The notes beneath the pieces are model-generated. The model had not been told where the DNA came from, searched no databases, and saw nothing but the letters and a program-made list of their open reading frames with translations. A DNA stretch of 64,000 bases from Gemmatimonadales bacterium. GTDB taxonomy: Bacteria > Gemmatimonadota > Gemmatimonadetes > Gemmatimonadales > GWC2-71-9. Shown here piece by piece: positions 1 through 9,940 of the stretch. Positions within the stretch are counted from its first letter, which is position 1. The number at the start of each line of letters is the position of its first letter. The translations under genes were made by a program, and so were the position numbers. Where the stretch lies: assembly GCA_041615815.1 (NCBI GenBank), contig JBFJCP010000025.1, forward strand, positions 1 to 64,000. The letters are read 5' to 3'.

Positions 1-219
1 ACGCCTCGGCGGGTCGTGGTCGGGAACACGACCGTGCACATCGTCGAGCGCACACGCGTGAGCGCTCACCGCGTCGGGAAGGTTGTCTGGTTCCAGGGGC
101 AGAAGGATTGTACCAGCATCGTCGTGGTTGGGCCCCGGGGGGCGCAGAGGTTCATGTTGGGAGATCGAAACGACGAGGAGCGACTGGGCGGTCGGCGCGG
201 CCTTGCACCCGGCGTGTGA
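1..219 (+). CDS. Hypothetical protein, 3' part (frame open from the window start)
   Basis: Frame 1 is open from base 1 to TGA at 217-219 and has beta-strand-like segments (TTVHIVERTRV, SIVVVGP). No family recognised. Confidence 0.4.
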   Translation, partial: TPRRVVVGNTTVHIVERTRVSAHRVGKVVWFQGQKDCTSIVVVGPRGAQRFMLGDRNDEERLGGRRGLAPGV

Positions 220-511
220 GGAGCTAACAGGCTGTGTCCATGATCAGGTCATGACTCGCGGCAGTTGGCCGCCCTATGCTGCAAGCACATTATGGACCGT
301 GGGGCGCCACCTCACGCTCGCGGGGGCTCAGGATTAGTAGGCTCAGGATTAGATTGTAGGGCAGCTCCGCCAAAGCGGGGATCCTTCAGTCTACGATGAG
401 TGAGGCATCGCTCAGGCCACCCGCCCACAACTGGACGAGCAACGTCTTTCCAAGGCTGCGGTCTGAGCCACGTGGAAAGATCAGCCCCCACCTCCGGGCA
501 GTTCCCGCGCC

Positions 512-976
512 TCACTCCTGGGAAGCTCCGCCCCCGTCCGCCTCCGCACTGGCGTCGGGCAATGCTCGGTCCTCCGCCATTCTGGCCAGGGCCAGCGAAC
601 CAGCAGCGGAGGCCGCGCCGGCCACAGCGAACAGGGGCCCCAAAAACACCAGACTGTTGAGTGGCGTGGTGTCCCCTGCAACGGCCACGGCCACGACAAA
701 GATCACAGACATCAGAAGACCCCCAACGGCCCCCCACCCCGCAAAGCGCGGAAGCGACAACTGATCGAACCGGCGACGACCCTCGACAATTGCGAGGACC
801 CCAGAGAACGTGGCGCCGGCAAGAAAGCCGAGCAGACCAAACCCGAGGGGAAACGGGACGTCGGCGGCGCCGACACCGACTACCAGCAGAAGGATGAGGC
901 CCGCGCCGAACCATGCGAGTGCCCAGGTCAGACCCATCCCGATTGCCGCTCGGATGCGTCGCAGCCACTTCTTCAT
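512..976 (-). CDS. Small multi-pass membrane protein (about 4 TM)
   Basis: MKKWLRRIRAAIGMGLTW start, preceded by a GGGGAGG RBS. Four hydrophobic Gly/Ala-rich segments. Confidence 0.8.
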   Translation of the reverse strand: MKKWLRRIRAAIGMGLTWALAWFGAGLILLLVVGVGAADVPFPLGFGLLGFLAGATFSGVLAIVEGRRRFDQLSLPRFAGWGAVGGLLMSVIFVVAVAVAGDTTPLNSLVFLGPLFAVAGAASAAGSLALARMAEDRALPDASAEADGGGASQE

Positions 977-1040
977 TACTACCTCCCCGTGCGGTGGGGC
1001 CTTCTCGCCATCGACGCTGGCGCCAGTTCAACTGTGCACG

Positions 1041-1081
1041 TACTTTGTGTTGCAAAGTAAATGCCAGGGAAAGGGGGTCAA
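1041..1081 (-). promoter_or_regulatory. Putative promoter (TTGACC-N16-TACTTT) overlapped by palindromic operator TACTTTG-N5-CAAAGTA
   Basis: Perfect 7-bp inverted repeat at 1041-1059 covers the predicted -10 box, 65 bp upstream of the 512-976 gene. Confidence 0.55.
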
Positions 1082-1154
1082 GACGGTCGACCGACCAGGC
1101 CCGACGATCCCGCCGTGCCAGGCGGAGAGTGCGCCTCTGCCGTCGCGGCAGCGC

Positions 1155-1273
1155 TTCTAACAAGGCGTTGAACCTGGCATGGTGCAGCGGATCAGTCTGA
1201 CCCGGATCAATAGCAGCCTGCGGCTACCCGCCCAGAAGCAAGTCACCCGCAGGTGATTGACACGACGTTAGAC
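1155..1273 (+). mobile_element. attC-like integron recombination site (slightly degenerate)
   Basis: TTCTAAC-AAGGCG-TTGAACCTGGC...GCAGGTGA-TTGACACGAC-GTTAGAC, 119 bp. R'' and R' boxes (GTTRRRY at 1267-1273) and L arms with an extrahelical G. Confidence 0.6.
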
Positions 1274-1298
1274 ACCAGAAGACTCGACACTCAATTGG

Positions 1299-1985
1299 AT
1301 GGCCATGTCAGGCATTGGGTTGCTGAACGAAAAGCCACTCCACGCGTCGTTGAAAAAATGGTATGCTCAGGCAGGGGACCAATTCGAAGTCGCAGTCGAT
1401 GGGTTTGTGATTGATATCGTTCGAAATGATCTGTTGCTGGAAATCCAGACCGGGAATCTCGCATCTATCAAGTCGAAGCTGAACCATCTGGCATGCTCCC
1501 ATCCGATACGATTGATCTATCCGATAGCCCAGGAAAAATGGATTGTCAGATTGGCAAAGGACGATCGTAGTCAAACTACTCGTCGCAAATCGCCCAAGAG
1601 GGGTCGGATGGAAGATCTGTTCTCGGAAATGGTGAGCTTCCCTGAGTTGCTCGCGAACCCCAACTTCTCGCTCGAAGTATTACTGATAAGGGAAGAAGAG
1701 GTGAGACGTCATGAGGGGAAGCGAAAATGGCGCAGGCGAGGATGGGTTGTTGAGGAGCGACGGTTGCTGGAAGTGCTAGCGCAGAGGTTGTATGAAGAGC
1801 CGGCGGATTGGCGAGCGTTTCTTCCTAAGGATTTGGGGACGTTTACCGCAAGAGATTTGGCGGAGGCGAGAGGTATCAGATTACAGTTGGCGCAGAAGGT
1901 GGTGTATTGTCTGCGCAAGGCGACGGTCATCGAGTTGATAGGCAAACAGGGTCGGGCCAATCTGTACAGCGTGGCTGGCGCCTAA
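1299..1985 (+). CDS. PD-(D/E)XK nuclease-fold protein with C-terminal winged-helix-like segment; gene-cassette-like
   Basis: EKPLH...VDGFVIDIV...LLEIQT motif and C-terminal FTARDLAE...AQKVVYCL HTH-like pattern. GC is lower than the flanks (43-53% in two 60-nt lines counted versus 68% in a pepN line). The stop codon lies inside GCCTAAC. Confidence 0.75.
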   Translation: MAMSGIGLLNEKPLHASLKKWYAQAGDQFEVAVDGFVIDIVRNDLLLEIQTGNLASIKSKLNHLACSHPIRLIYPIAQEKWIVRLAKDDRSQTTRRKSPKRGRMEDLFSEMVSFPELLANPNFSLEVLLIREEEVRRHEGKRKWRRRGWVVEERRLLEVLAQRLYEEPADWRAFLPKDLGTFTARDLAEARGIRLQLAQKVVYCLRKATVIELIGKQGRANLYSVAGA

Positions 1986-2003
1986 CAGGCAAGTGAATCT
2001 GCC
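1980..2003 (+). mobile_element. Left half of a second attC-like site (R'' GCCTAAC); right half not found
   Basis: GCCTAAC matches RYYYAAC and overlaps the TAA stop; it is followed by AGGCAAG-TGAATCTG. No GTTRRRY was seen downstream. Confidence 0.4.
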
Positions 2004-2122
2004 ATGCGGGATAGGAGCGTAGATAAGGAAGCATTGCGATATCAAAAATGGCCGGACGGTTCTTGCAGCGGCCCACGCGCAACGGAAGCACAGTGACGCG
2101 AGGCCATGGCTTCGAAACGAGA

Positions 2123-2153
2123 GAGCGCCCGGCCTGCGCCGGGCGTTCGCTTT
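2123..2153 (+). terminator. Rho-independent terminator-like hairpin, copy 1
   Basis: GAGCGCCCGGC-CTGC-GCCGGGCGTTC-GCTTT. Confidence 0.55.
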
Positions 2154-2459
2154 CCCCATCGTTCCCTTCGGCTTCGCTCAGGGCGATGTACCGAGGATAG
2201 CTAGGAAGAAAAACAGGAATGAAAGAGTCCATTTTCTGTGCGAGCAACGCGCAGAAGTTTCAGAGGAATCTCATCTTGAGTTCACGCACGGTTTAGTACT
2301 CACGTCTCTCAAGATTGAAGTCCGCCGGTGGCCCTCATGGCCCCGCCGCTGCGGCAGAGACGCCTCCCTCCGACGCCACGCCCGACGACGAGACCCAAGA
2401 CCATCGACGGCAGTCGCGGGGGGGCCGCGTCTTTCTACCCAAGCTGCGAGGAGGTAACC

Positions 2460-2930
2460 ATGCGTAAGCTACTCGCCATCACTCTCACCGCGCTCGTCGC
2501 CATCGCCTGCGCGGACACGGCAACGACGGCACCTGAGCTCGAAGTTCCAGGGATCTCGGCAGCCGTGAAGCTTGTCGACGTCAACGTGATAATCCCGGTC
2601 TCTTCGACCCTCTTTAACCCCTGCACTTTCGAGTTGGTGGATTTTCAGGGAACCGATCACCAGATCCTGAAAATATGGGACAACGGCAGTTTCAAGCTAC
2701 ATTTGCAGTTCAATCTCCATGGGACGGGGCAGAGTAGCGGGCTGCACTACAAACTCACTGACGCGATCAATCAACAGGCTGGCCCAGGGGGCCTACCCTT
2801 CGTGGGCAACGCCGTCACCAAGGTCATCAGCTCAACGAACGCTGACAACTGGCTCATAAGGAGCCACGTCACCGTTAACGAGAACGGCGTCGTGACGGTC
2901 AACCGGTTCTCCGCGGGGTGCGTCGGCTGA
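2460..2930 (+). CDS. Secreted lipoprotein, beta-rich, unknown function
   Basis: GAGGAGG RBS before ATG 2460. Signal peptide MRKLLAITLTALVAIAC ends in a lipobox. Two further Cys (NPC and the terminal CVG). Confidence 0.8.
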   Translation: MRKLLAITLTALVAIACADTATTAPELEVPGISAAVKLVDVNVIIPVSSTLFNPCTFELVDFQGTDHQILKIWDNGSFKLHLQFNLHGTGQSSGLHYKLTDAINQQAGPGGLPFVGNAVTKVISSTNADNWLIRSHVTVNENGVVTVNRFSAGCVG

Positions 2931-2950
2931 GCCTCGGCCAAGGTCGAATC

Positions 2951-2983
2951 GAGCGCCCGGCCCCCTGCCGGGCGTTTGCTTTT
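2951..2983 (+). terminator. Rho-independent terminator, copy 2
   Basis: GAGCGCCCGGC-CCCCT-GCCGGGCGTTT-GCTTTT, 20 nt after the lipoprotein stop. Confidence 0.7.
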
Positions 2984-3341
2984 GACTCCAATCGCATTGC
3001 ATGCGAGGCTGTTGAGACCGCGTTGATACCGCCCGGCTAAACTCGGGCAGCCCTCACTGGAGCTGCCCCATGCCCGACGAGCCAGCTCAACGAGTTGGCA
3101 CGGCGCCGACTCGCCGCTGGTCTACCTGTTACAGTTGCCGGGGGGACCCCCCAGGGGCCGCATGCATGGCGGGTACCCACTTCATCCATCTGCGCCATAG
3201 CAATTTGACCGTTCGGGGATGCGTTGACCGGATCAGCCATTGCCTTTATCGTGAAACCGTCACCATTTCGGTCACCAGTGTGGTTAGACGGCGGCAAAAC
3301 AAGAAGCCCCAACCGGTCGAAACCTGTTGAGGCTCCTGGAG

Positions 3342-3415
3342 TAGCGGAGGAGGGACTCGAACCCCCGACACGCGGATTATGATTCCGCTGCTCTAACCAG
3401 CTGAGCTACTCCGCC
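3342..3415 (-). tRNA. tRNA-Met (CAT), elongator type; CCA not encoded
   Basis: GGCGGAGTAGCTCAGCTGGTTAGAGCAGCGGAATCATAATCCGCGTGTCGGGGGTTCGAGTCCCTCCTCCGCTA folds as a cloverleaf. Confidence 0.95.
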
Positions 3416-3536
3416 ACGACCCGGCCGGTTTCCCCGACGGGCAAACCGTCGAACGGTGCCGCACCTGCACACCCACCGGCCGGTAACAAGATACCCAGAC
3501 CCCTGGCCCCGTTCCAGTCAGCCGACCGGGCCGCCG

Positions 3537-4799
3537 TCATCGCGATCCTCCCGAACGTGCGGTGAGCAGCTCACCTTGCTTCAGCCCCAACGTGATGGAC
3601 CGCAGATGCTGAAGGTCCACCAGCGGATCCTCCTCCAGGACGACGAAGCTCGCTTCGTACGCGTCGTCGAGACGCCCTATCCGTCGATCCGGGAAGATCG
3701 TCTGCGGCGTGGTCTCGGCCCACATCCGAAGCAGTGCACCGCGATCGAACACGCCGAGTGTTTCGAGGTTCAACACCTCCTCGAGCGAAGAGCTGGCATA
3801 GCTGTCGCTCCCGATCACGAGCCGCACCCCTCGATCGGCCAACAACCGCAGGTTGCTCACCTGATTCTCACGCACCCGCCGTAGCTGGGCCGTATCGCCC
3901 CGCGCCATGTTGACGGCCAGTAACGTTGTAGTCACGACCGCGGTCCCACGCGCAGCGGCGAGCCGCGCGTCGTCATCAGCGATGGCATATCGACTCACGT
4001 CGTCTCCCACCGGGATCTGATAGCCCGGCAAATGGGCGATGATATCGACTCCGGATTCCACGGCCACCCGAAAGTCGTGCGCGGTCTCGATGTGCGCCGA
4101 CACTCTGAGGCCCACCGCGTGAGCCCGCTCCACGATCGACGGAACGAGCTTGGGATCGAGCCCCGACCGACCAAAGAAGCGGCGGTCTGCCTTCCGCAGA
4201 TCGTACTCCTCGGAGTACTCGATCATGACCTTGATGAAGTCGGGCTGCCCGCGGAGCACCGACGGCCACTTCTCCATCAGCTGGTCGTCTGTTGCGATCA
4301 CGAAATACCCCTCTCCCTCGAGCTCCTCCGGCGTGACACCGGGGTAGACGCCGTTGCGCACCAACCGGCCGTATAGCTCCACCGTGTGGCTCAGCGGGGA
4401 CGCGAGCATCGCGCGGGCAAACGCAACGTCGACACTGGACGGCGAGTTCAACCGCGGCAACACCTCCGGAAGGAACCGGGAGAGGTTCCCCTGCACCATC
4501 ACGTAGTACACGCCCTGATCGAGATACTTGCCGATCTCGGCGTCGATCCGACCCGCCAGATGGAGATCGTGGTTGTGCGCTTCGCCGAAGCCGGGGAGCA
4601 CGAAACCGCCGCCGAGATCGATGGTCGAATCGACCCGGGTCGGCCGGTCGCGCCGAAGCATCCCATCCACGCTGTACATCGTACGTTGCTCGAAGGCCGA
4701 TCCCGTGAACCACTGGCCGTTCACGAACGCGTATGTCGGCGAGGGTGCCGGAAGGGGGCCCTGGAGACCCACCGCCAGCAACATGGCGATCGGGTGCAT
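3537..4799 (-). CDS. Secreted amidohydrolase-family metalloenzyme
   Basis: LPGFGEAHNH (HxH), VSAH, IIAH and GSD motifs. Signal-like N-terminus. GAGGA RBS before ATG 4799. Confidence 0.85.
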   Translation of the reverse strand: MHPIAMLLAVGLQGPLPAPSPTYAFVNGQWFTGSAFEQRTMYSVDGMLRRDRPTRVDSTIDLGGGFVLPGFGEAHNHDLHLAGRIDAEIGKYLDQGVYYVMVQGNLSRFLPEVLPRLNSPSSVDVAFARAMLASPLSHTVELYGRLVRNGVYPGVTPEELEGEGYFVIATDDQLMEKWPSVLRGQPDFIKVMIEYSEEYDLRKADRRFFGRSGLDPKLVPSIVERAHAVGLRVSAHIETAHDFRVAVESGVDIIAHLPGYQIPVGDDVSRYAIADDDARLAAARGTAVVTTTLLAVNMARGDTAQLRRVRENQVSNLRLLADRGVRLVIGSDSYASSSLEEVLNLETLGVFDRGALLRMWAETTPQTIFPDRRIGRLDDAYEASFVVLEEDPLVDLQHLRSITLGLKQGELLTARSGGSR

Positions 4800-4919
4800 G
4801 GAAGGTCCTCGAAGTCTGGGGTGGAACGAAGCAGTCGCGTGTGTTAGATGCGTGAGCCCGATAGGACGTTGCATTCAGCCCCTTGCCGATCTCCCGCTCT
4901 TGCGAGAACTTCGCCCAAA

Positions 4920-7538
4920 GTGCCACGACGACACTCGATCCCCGCGATCACGCGACGAGCAGCAGCCAGCTCCACTCTCATTGCTGCGACGTTTCTCACC
5001 TCGGCATGCGAGCGACTCCGAGACGAGGCACCCCAGGGGATTCCGGTCGCGCTGGCCGAGCACCGCCGCGCCGTGATCTCGAACGTGAGCTACGACCTCA
5101 CATTCACGATACCCGCGGGCCTGGATACGCGGGTCGCGGGCCGCGCGATCATCAAGTTCGATCTCGCGAACGCGAGCCGGCCACTCGTCCTCGACTTCAG
5201 CGCACCGGCCGGGAGCGTCCTCGACGTGTCGGTGCGCGGAGCAGCGGTACCGTTCGAGATCCAACACGACCACGTCGTCATTCCGCAGACAGCACTCGAA
5301 GCCGGGCCGCAGGAGCTGACCATCGACTTCCTTGCCACCGATGGTGCCCTCAATCGTCATCGCGACTTCCTGTACACACTGTTCGTCCCGGATCGGGCAT
5401 CGTCGGCGTTCCCCTGCTTCGACCAGCCAGACTTGAAGGCGCGGTATCGTCTCACCCTACGAATCCCGAACGGCTGGAAGGCCGTGTCGAACGGCTCCTT
5501 GGAGCGCGAAGGCGTGGCGAATGGGCAAACCGAGCTCGTGTTCCGAGAAACCGCGCCACTGAGCACGTACCTCTTTGCATTTGCGGCCGGGGAGTTCGCC
5601 GTAGAGACGGGCGAGCGCGATGGCCGAATCGTGCGCGTCTTCCATCGGGAGACCGATTCGATCAAAGTGGCGCGCAATCGGGACACCATCTTCGGCCTGC
5701 ACGCCGCAGCCCTGCGCTGGCTCGAAGACTACACCGGGATTCCCTACCCGTTCGAGAAGTTCGATCTCATCGCCATTCCCTCGTTCCAGTTTGGTGGGAT
5801 GGAGCATCCCGGCGCGGTGTTCTATCGGGCCGGCCATCTCTTTCTGGACGAGTCCGCCACGCAGAATCGACGGCTCGGGCGTGCCAGTGTGATCGCGCAC
5901 GAAACGGCGCATATGTGGTTCGGCGATCTCGTAACGATGCAGTGGTTCAACGATGTGTGGATGAAGGAAGTGTTCGCCAACTTCATGGCGGCAAAGATCG
6001 TGGAACCCGCCTTTCCGACGATCGATCACGATCTCCGATTCTTCGTCGCCCATCATCCCGGCGCCTACGCGGTGGACCGCACCGCGGGTGCCAATCCCAT
6101 CCGCCAGGAACTCGAGAACCTGCGACAAGCCGGCACACTCTACGGCGCCATCATCTATCAGAAGGCGCCCATCGTGATGCTTCAGCTCGAACGTCTGATC
6201 GGTGAAACCGTCATGCGGGAGGGACTGGGGGCCTATCTCAGACAGTTTCAGTTTGGCAACGCCACCTGGCCCGATCTCGTCACCATCCTCGACGATCTCA
6301 CCGCGGAGGACCTCGCATCGTGGAGCCGCGTGTGGGTCGAGGAGCCCGGGCGACCGCGGATCGTCGCCCGTGCGGACCAGGGAGATCTCCGCGTGGAACA
6401 GTCCGATCCCTGGGGGCAAGATCGACGGTGGAACCAGCGGACCCAGGTCACGCTCGCTTCGCCGGATTCTGCGTACACGGTGACTGTGCACCTGCGCGAT
6501 GCCGTCAACCACGTGCAGGGTGCCACGGAACCGCTCGCCCCCACCCTGGTCTTTCCAGGCAGCGACGGTGTGAGCTACGGTCGCTTCGCGCTCGATAAGA
6601 CGAGCACCACATACCTCTTGGCGCACCTGCCCGAGCTGGCGAACCCCATGATGCGAAGCGTGGCGTGGATGTCGCTCTGGGAGACACTCCTGGAAGGGGA
6701 CATTCTCCCCGATTCCTTGCTGGAGCTGGCCCTCCGCGCCCTGACGATGGAGGGCGACGAGCTGATCGTGCAACAGATCTTGGGTCTCACACAGACGGCG
6801 TTTTGGCGATTCCTCGACGCCGATGCTCGGATGGCAGCGGCGGGCCGCGTGGAATCGGTGTTGTGGGAACGGCTGGAGCGCGCGTCGACCCCGAGCCTCA
6901 AAGCAGCCTACTTCGACGCGTTGATGTCGGTCACCTCCAGCGGCGCAGGCATCGAGCGGCTGGAAAGCATTTGGCGAACGCAGCAAGCTCCACCGGGACT
7001 TCCCCTGGCGGAGCGGGATTACACGACGCTCGCGGAGGCGCTCGCGATTCGGGATCCGGATCGCGCCACCGGCATCCTCGAAGCACAGGCGTCGAGAATC
7101 GAGAACCCGGACCGCGCGGCACGATTCCGCTTCATCATGCCGGCCTTCTCGCCGGATCGATCGGTCCGCGACTCGGTGTTCGAGAGCTTCGCGAATCCAC
7201 GGAACCGGGAGCGCGAACGCTGGGTGTTGGACGCGGTTTCGGTGCTCCATCACCCACTCCGGTCACGCAACGCCGAAGCGTACATCCTGGAAAGCCTCGA
7301 GTTGCTTGAGGAGATCCAGCGCACGGGAGACATCTTCTTCCCGCTGCGATGGCTGCACGCCACCCTGGACGGTCATCAGTCAATCGACGCCGCCCGCATC
7401 GTCGTCGATTTTCTGGAGAAGCATCCCGACTATCCGTCGCGTCTTCGCGGGAAGATCCTGCAGGCGGCAGACGAGCTGTTCCGCGCCGCACGAATCGTGG
7501 AAGAATGGTCTGGGGGTGAGGGTTTTCTTCGCGAGTAG
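4920..7538 (+). CDS. pepN: M1-family aminopeptidase N (possible lipoprotein)
   Basis: GGMEH and HETAH-X18-E zinc motifs, plus YQKA. Lipobox-like LTSAC. Start uncertain (GTG 4920; ORF opens at 4848). Confidence 0.9.
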   Translation: MPRRHSIPAITRRAAASSTLIAATFLTSACERLRDEAPQGIPVALAEHRRAVISNVSYDLTFTIPAGLDTRVAGRAIIKFDLANASRPLVLDFSAPAGSVLDVSVRGAAVPFEIQHDHVVIPQTALEAGPQELTIDFLATDGALNRHRDFLYTLFVPDRASSAFPCFDQPDLKARYRLTLRIPNGWKAVSNGSLEREGVANGQTELVFRETAPLSTYLFAFAAGEFAVETGERDGRIVRVFHRETDSIKVARNRDTIFGLHAAALRWLEDYTGIPYPFEKFDLIAIPSFQFGGMEHPGAVFYRAGHLFLDESATQNRRLGRASVIAHETAHMWFGDLVTMQWFNDVWMKEVFANFMAAKIVEPAFPTIDHDLRFFVAHHPGAYAVDRTAGANPIRQELENLRQAGTLYGAIIYQKAPIVMLQLERLIGETVMREGLGAYLRQFQFGNATWPDLVTILDDLTAEDLASWSRVWVEEPGRPRIVARADQGDLRVEQSDPWGQDRRWNQRTQVTLASPDSAYTVTVHLRDAVNHVQGATEPLAPTLVFPGSDGVSYGRFALDKTSTTYLLAHLPELANPMMRSVAWMSLWETLLEGDILPDSLLELALRALTMEGDELIVQQILGLTQTAFWRFLDADARMAAAGRVESVLWERLERASTPSLKAAYFDALMSVTSSGAGIERLESIWRTQQAPPGLPLAERDYTTLAEALAIRDPDRATGILEAQASRIENPDRAARFRFIMPAFSPDRSVRDSVFESFANPRNRERERWVLDAVSVLHHPLRSRNAEAYILESLELLEEIQRTGDIFFPLRWLHATLDGHQSIDAARIVVDFLEKHPDYPSRLRGKILQAADELFRAARIVEEWSGGEGFLRE

Positions 7539-7568
7539 TGGTCCGTCTGTCCGCCCGTTCGGCGGTCG

Positions 7569-9136
<1,568 letters not shown>

Positions 9137-9862
9137 CTATCTGGGCGCGTGGCCGGAGTCAACGGCGAATCGTTCGACGACGCGTTGGGCCTCGGCCCGC
9201 AGCTGCTCGCGATCTTCATATTTCATTCCCGCAGTGGAAATGGGTTCTCCAATGTGGACCGTCACCGGACGGGGGCGAATGCGAAACGTCCCCTTCGGAA
9301 GAATGTCGAACGTATTGGCGCAATAGATGGGAATGATGGGAACGCCCGCCGCGATCGCCAGTACGAACGGCCCTTTCTTGAAGGGCTGGAGTTTTCCAGT
9401 TCGGCTGCGCGTGCCTTCGGCAAAGACGACAGCGTTCAATCCCCGCTGGATGCCTTTGGCGGCCTCCTCGTAGGCGTCGAATGCCGCCGGCCGGTTCTGG
9501 CGATCGATGATCACGTGACCGGCGGATTTCATTGCCCGCCCGAACACGGGGACTTTCATCAGTTCCTTCTTGGCCACGAACCGAATGCCGGGAGGGAGCA
9601 CGGTGACGATGGCGAGAATATCGAAGAACGACTGGTGGTTCGAGATGAAGACTACCGAACGATCCTGCGGAACGTGCTCCAACCCGACCGCGCGGACTTT
9701 CACGCCGCTCGCCCTGAGGACCGTCCGTGCCCAACCCCGCTGCCACTTGTCATAGATCCCTCCTCGCTTGGATGGTATCCGAAACAGCCCCCCCATGATT
9801 GCCAGGCCCCCATACCATGCCGTCGCGGCGGTGATAGCAATGAGATAGAGCAGCGTTCTCAT
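9137..9862 (-). CDS. plsC: 1-acyl-sn-glycerol-3-phosphate acyltransferase
   Basis: NHQSFFD and FAEGTRS motifs. Confidence 0.92.
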   Translation of the reverse strand: MRTLLYLIAITAATAWYGGLAIMGGLFRIPSKRGGIYDKWQRGWARTVLRASGVKVRAVGLEHVPQDRSVVFISNHQSFFDILAIVTVLPPGIRFVAKKELMKVPVFGRAMKSAGHVIIDRQNRPAAFDAYEEAAKGIQRGLNAVVFAEGTRSRTGKLQPFKKGPFVLAIAAGVPIIPIYCANTFDILPKGTFRIRPRPVTVHIGEPISTAGMKYEDREQLRAEAQRVVERFAVDSGHAPR

Positions 9863-9940
9863 GTGCCGTCCCCCACCACGGTACCCCGCGGCACTGGCGG
9901 CAGGGATCTGAGAACCGTCAGCACAGGCATTTATGGAGCC

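Noticed and set aside
222..270. AGCTAAC...GTTGGCC as a third attC
   Set aside because: Boxes deviate from RYYYAAC/GTTRRRY, the span is under 50 bp and no L arms are visible.
2164..2183. CCCTTCGGCTTCGCTCAGGG REP-like motif
   Set aside because: Only one partial copy in the window, so it cannot be supported as a repeat family here.
2919..2983. Lipoprotein ends C-V-G-TGA (apparent CxxU) with a hairpin 20 nt downstream
   Set aside because: The hairpin has a pyrimidine loop and T-tail like a terminator and is duplicated at 2123. The read-through peptide looks non-coding, and the Cys probably pairs with the NPC Cys.
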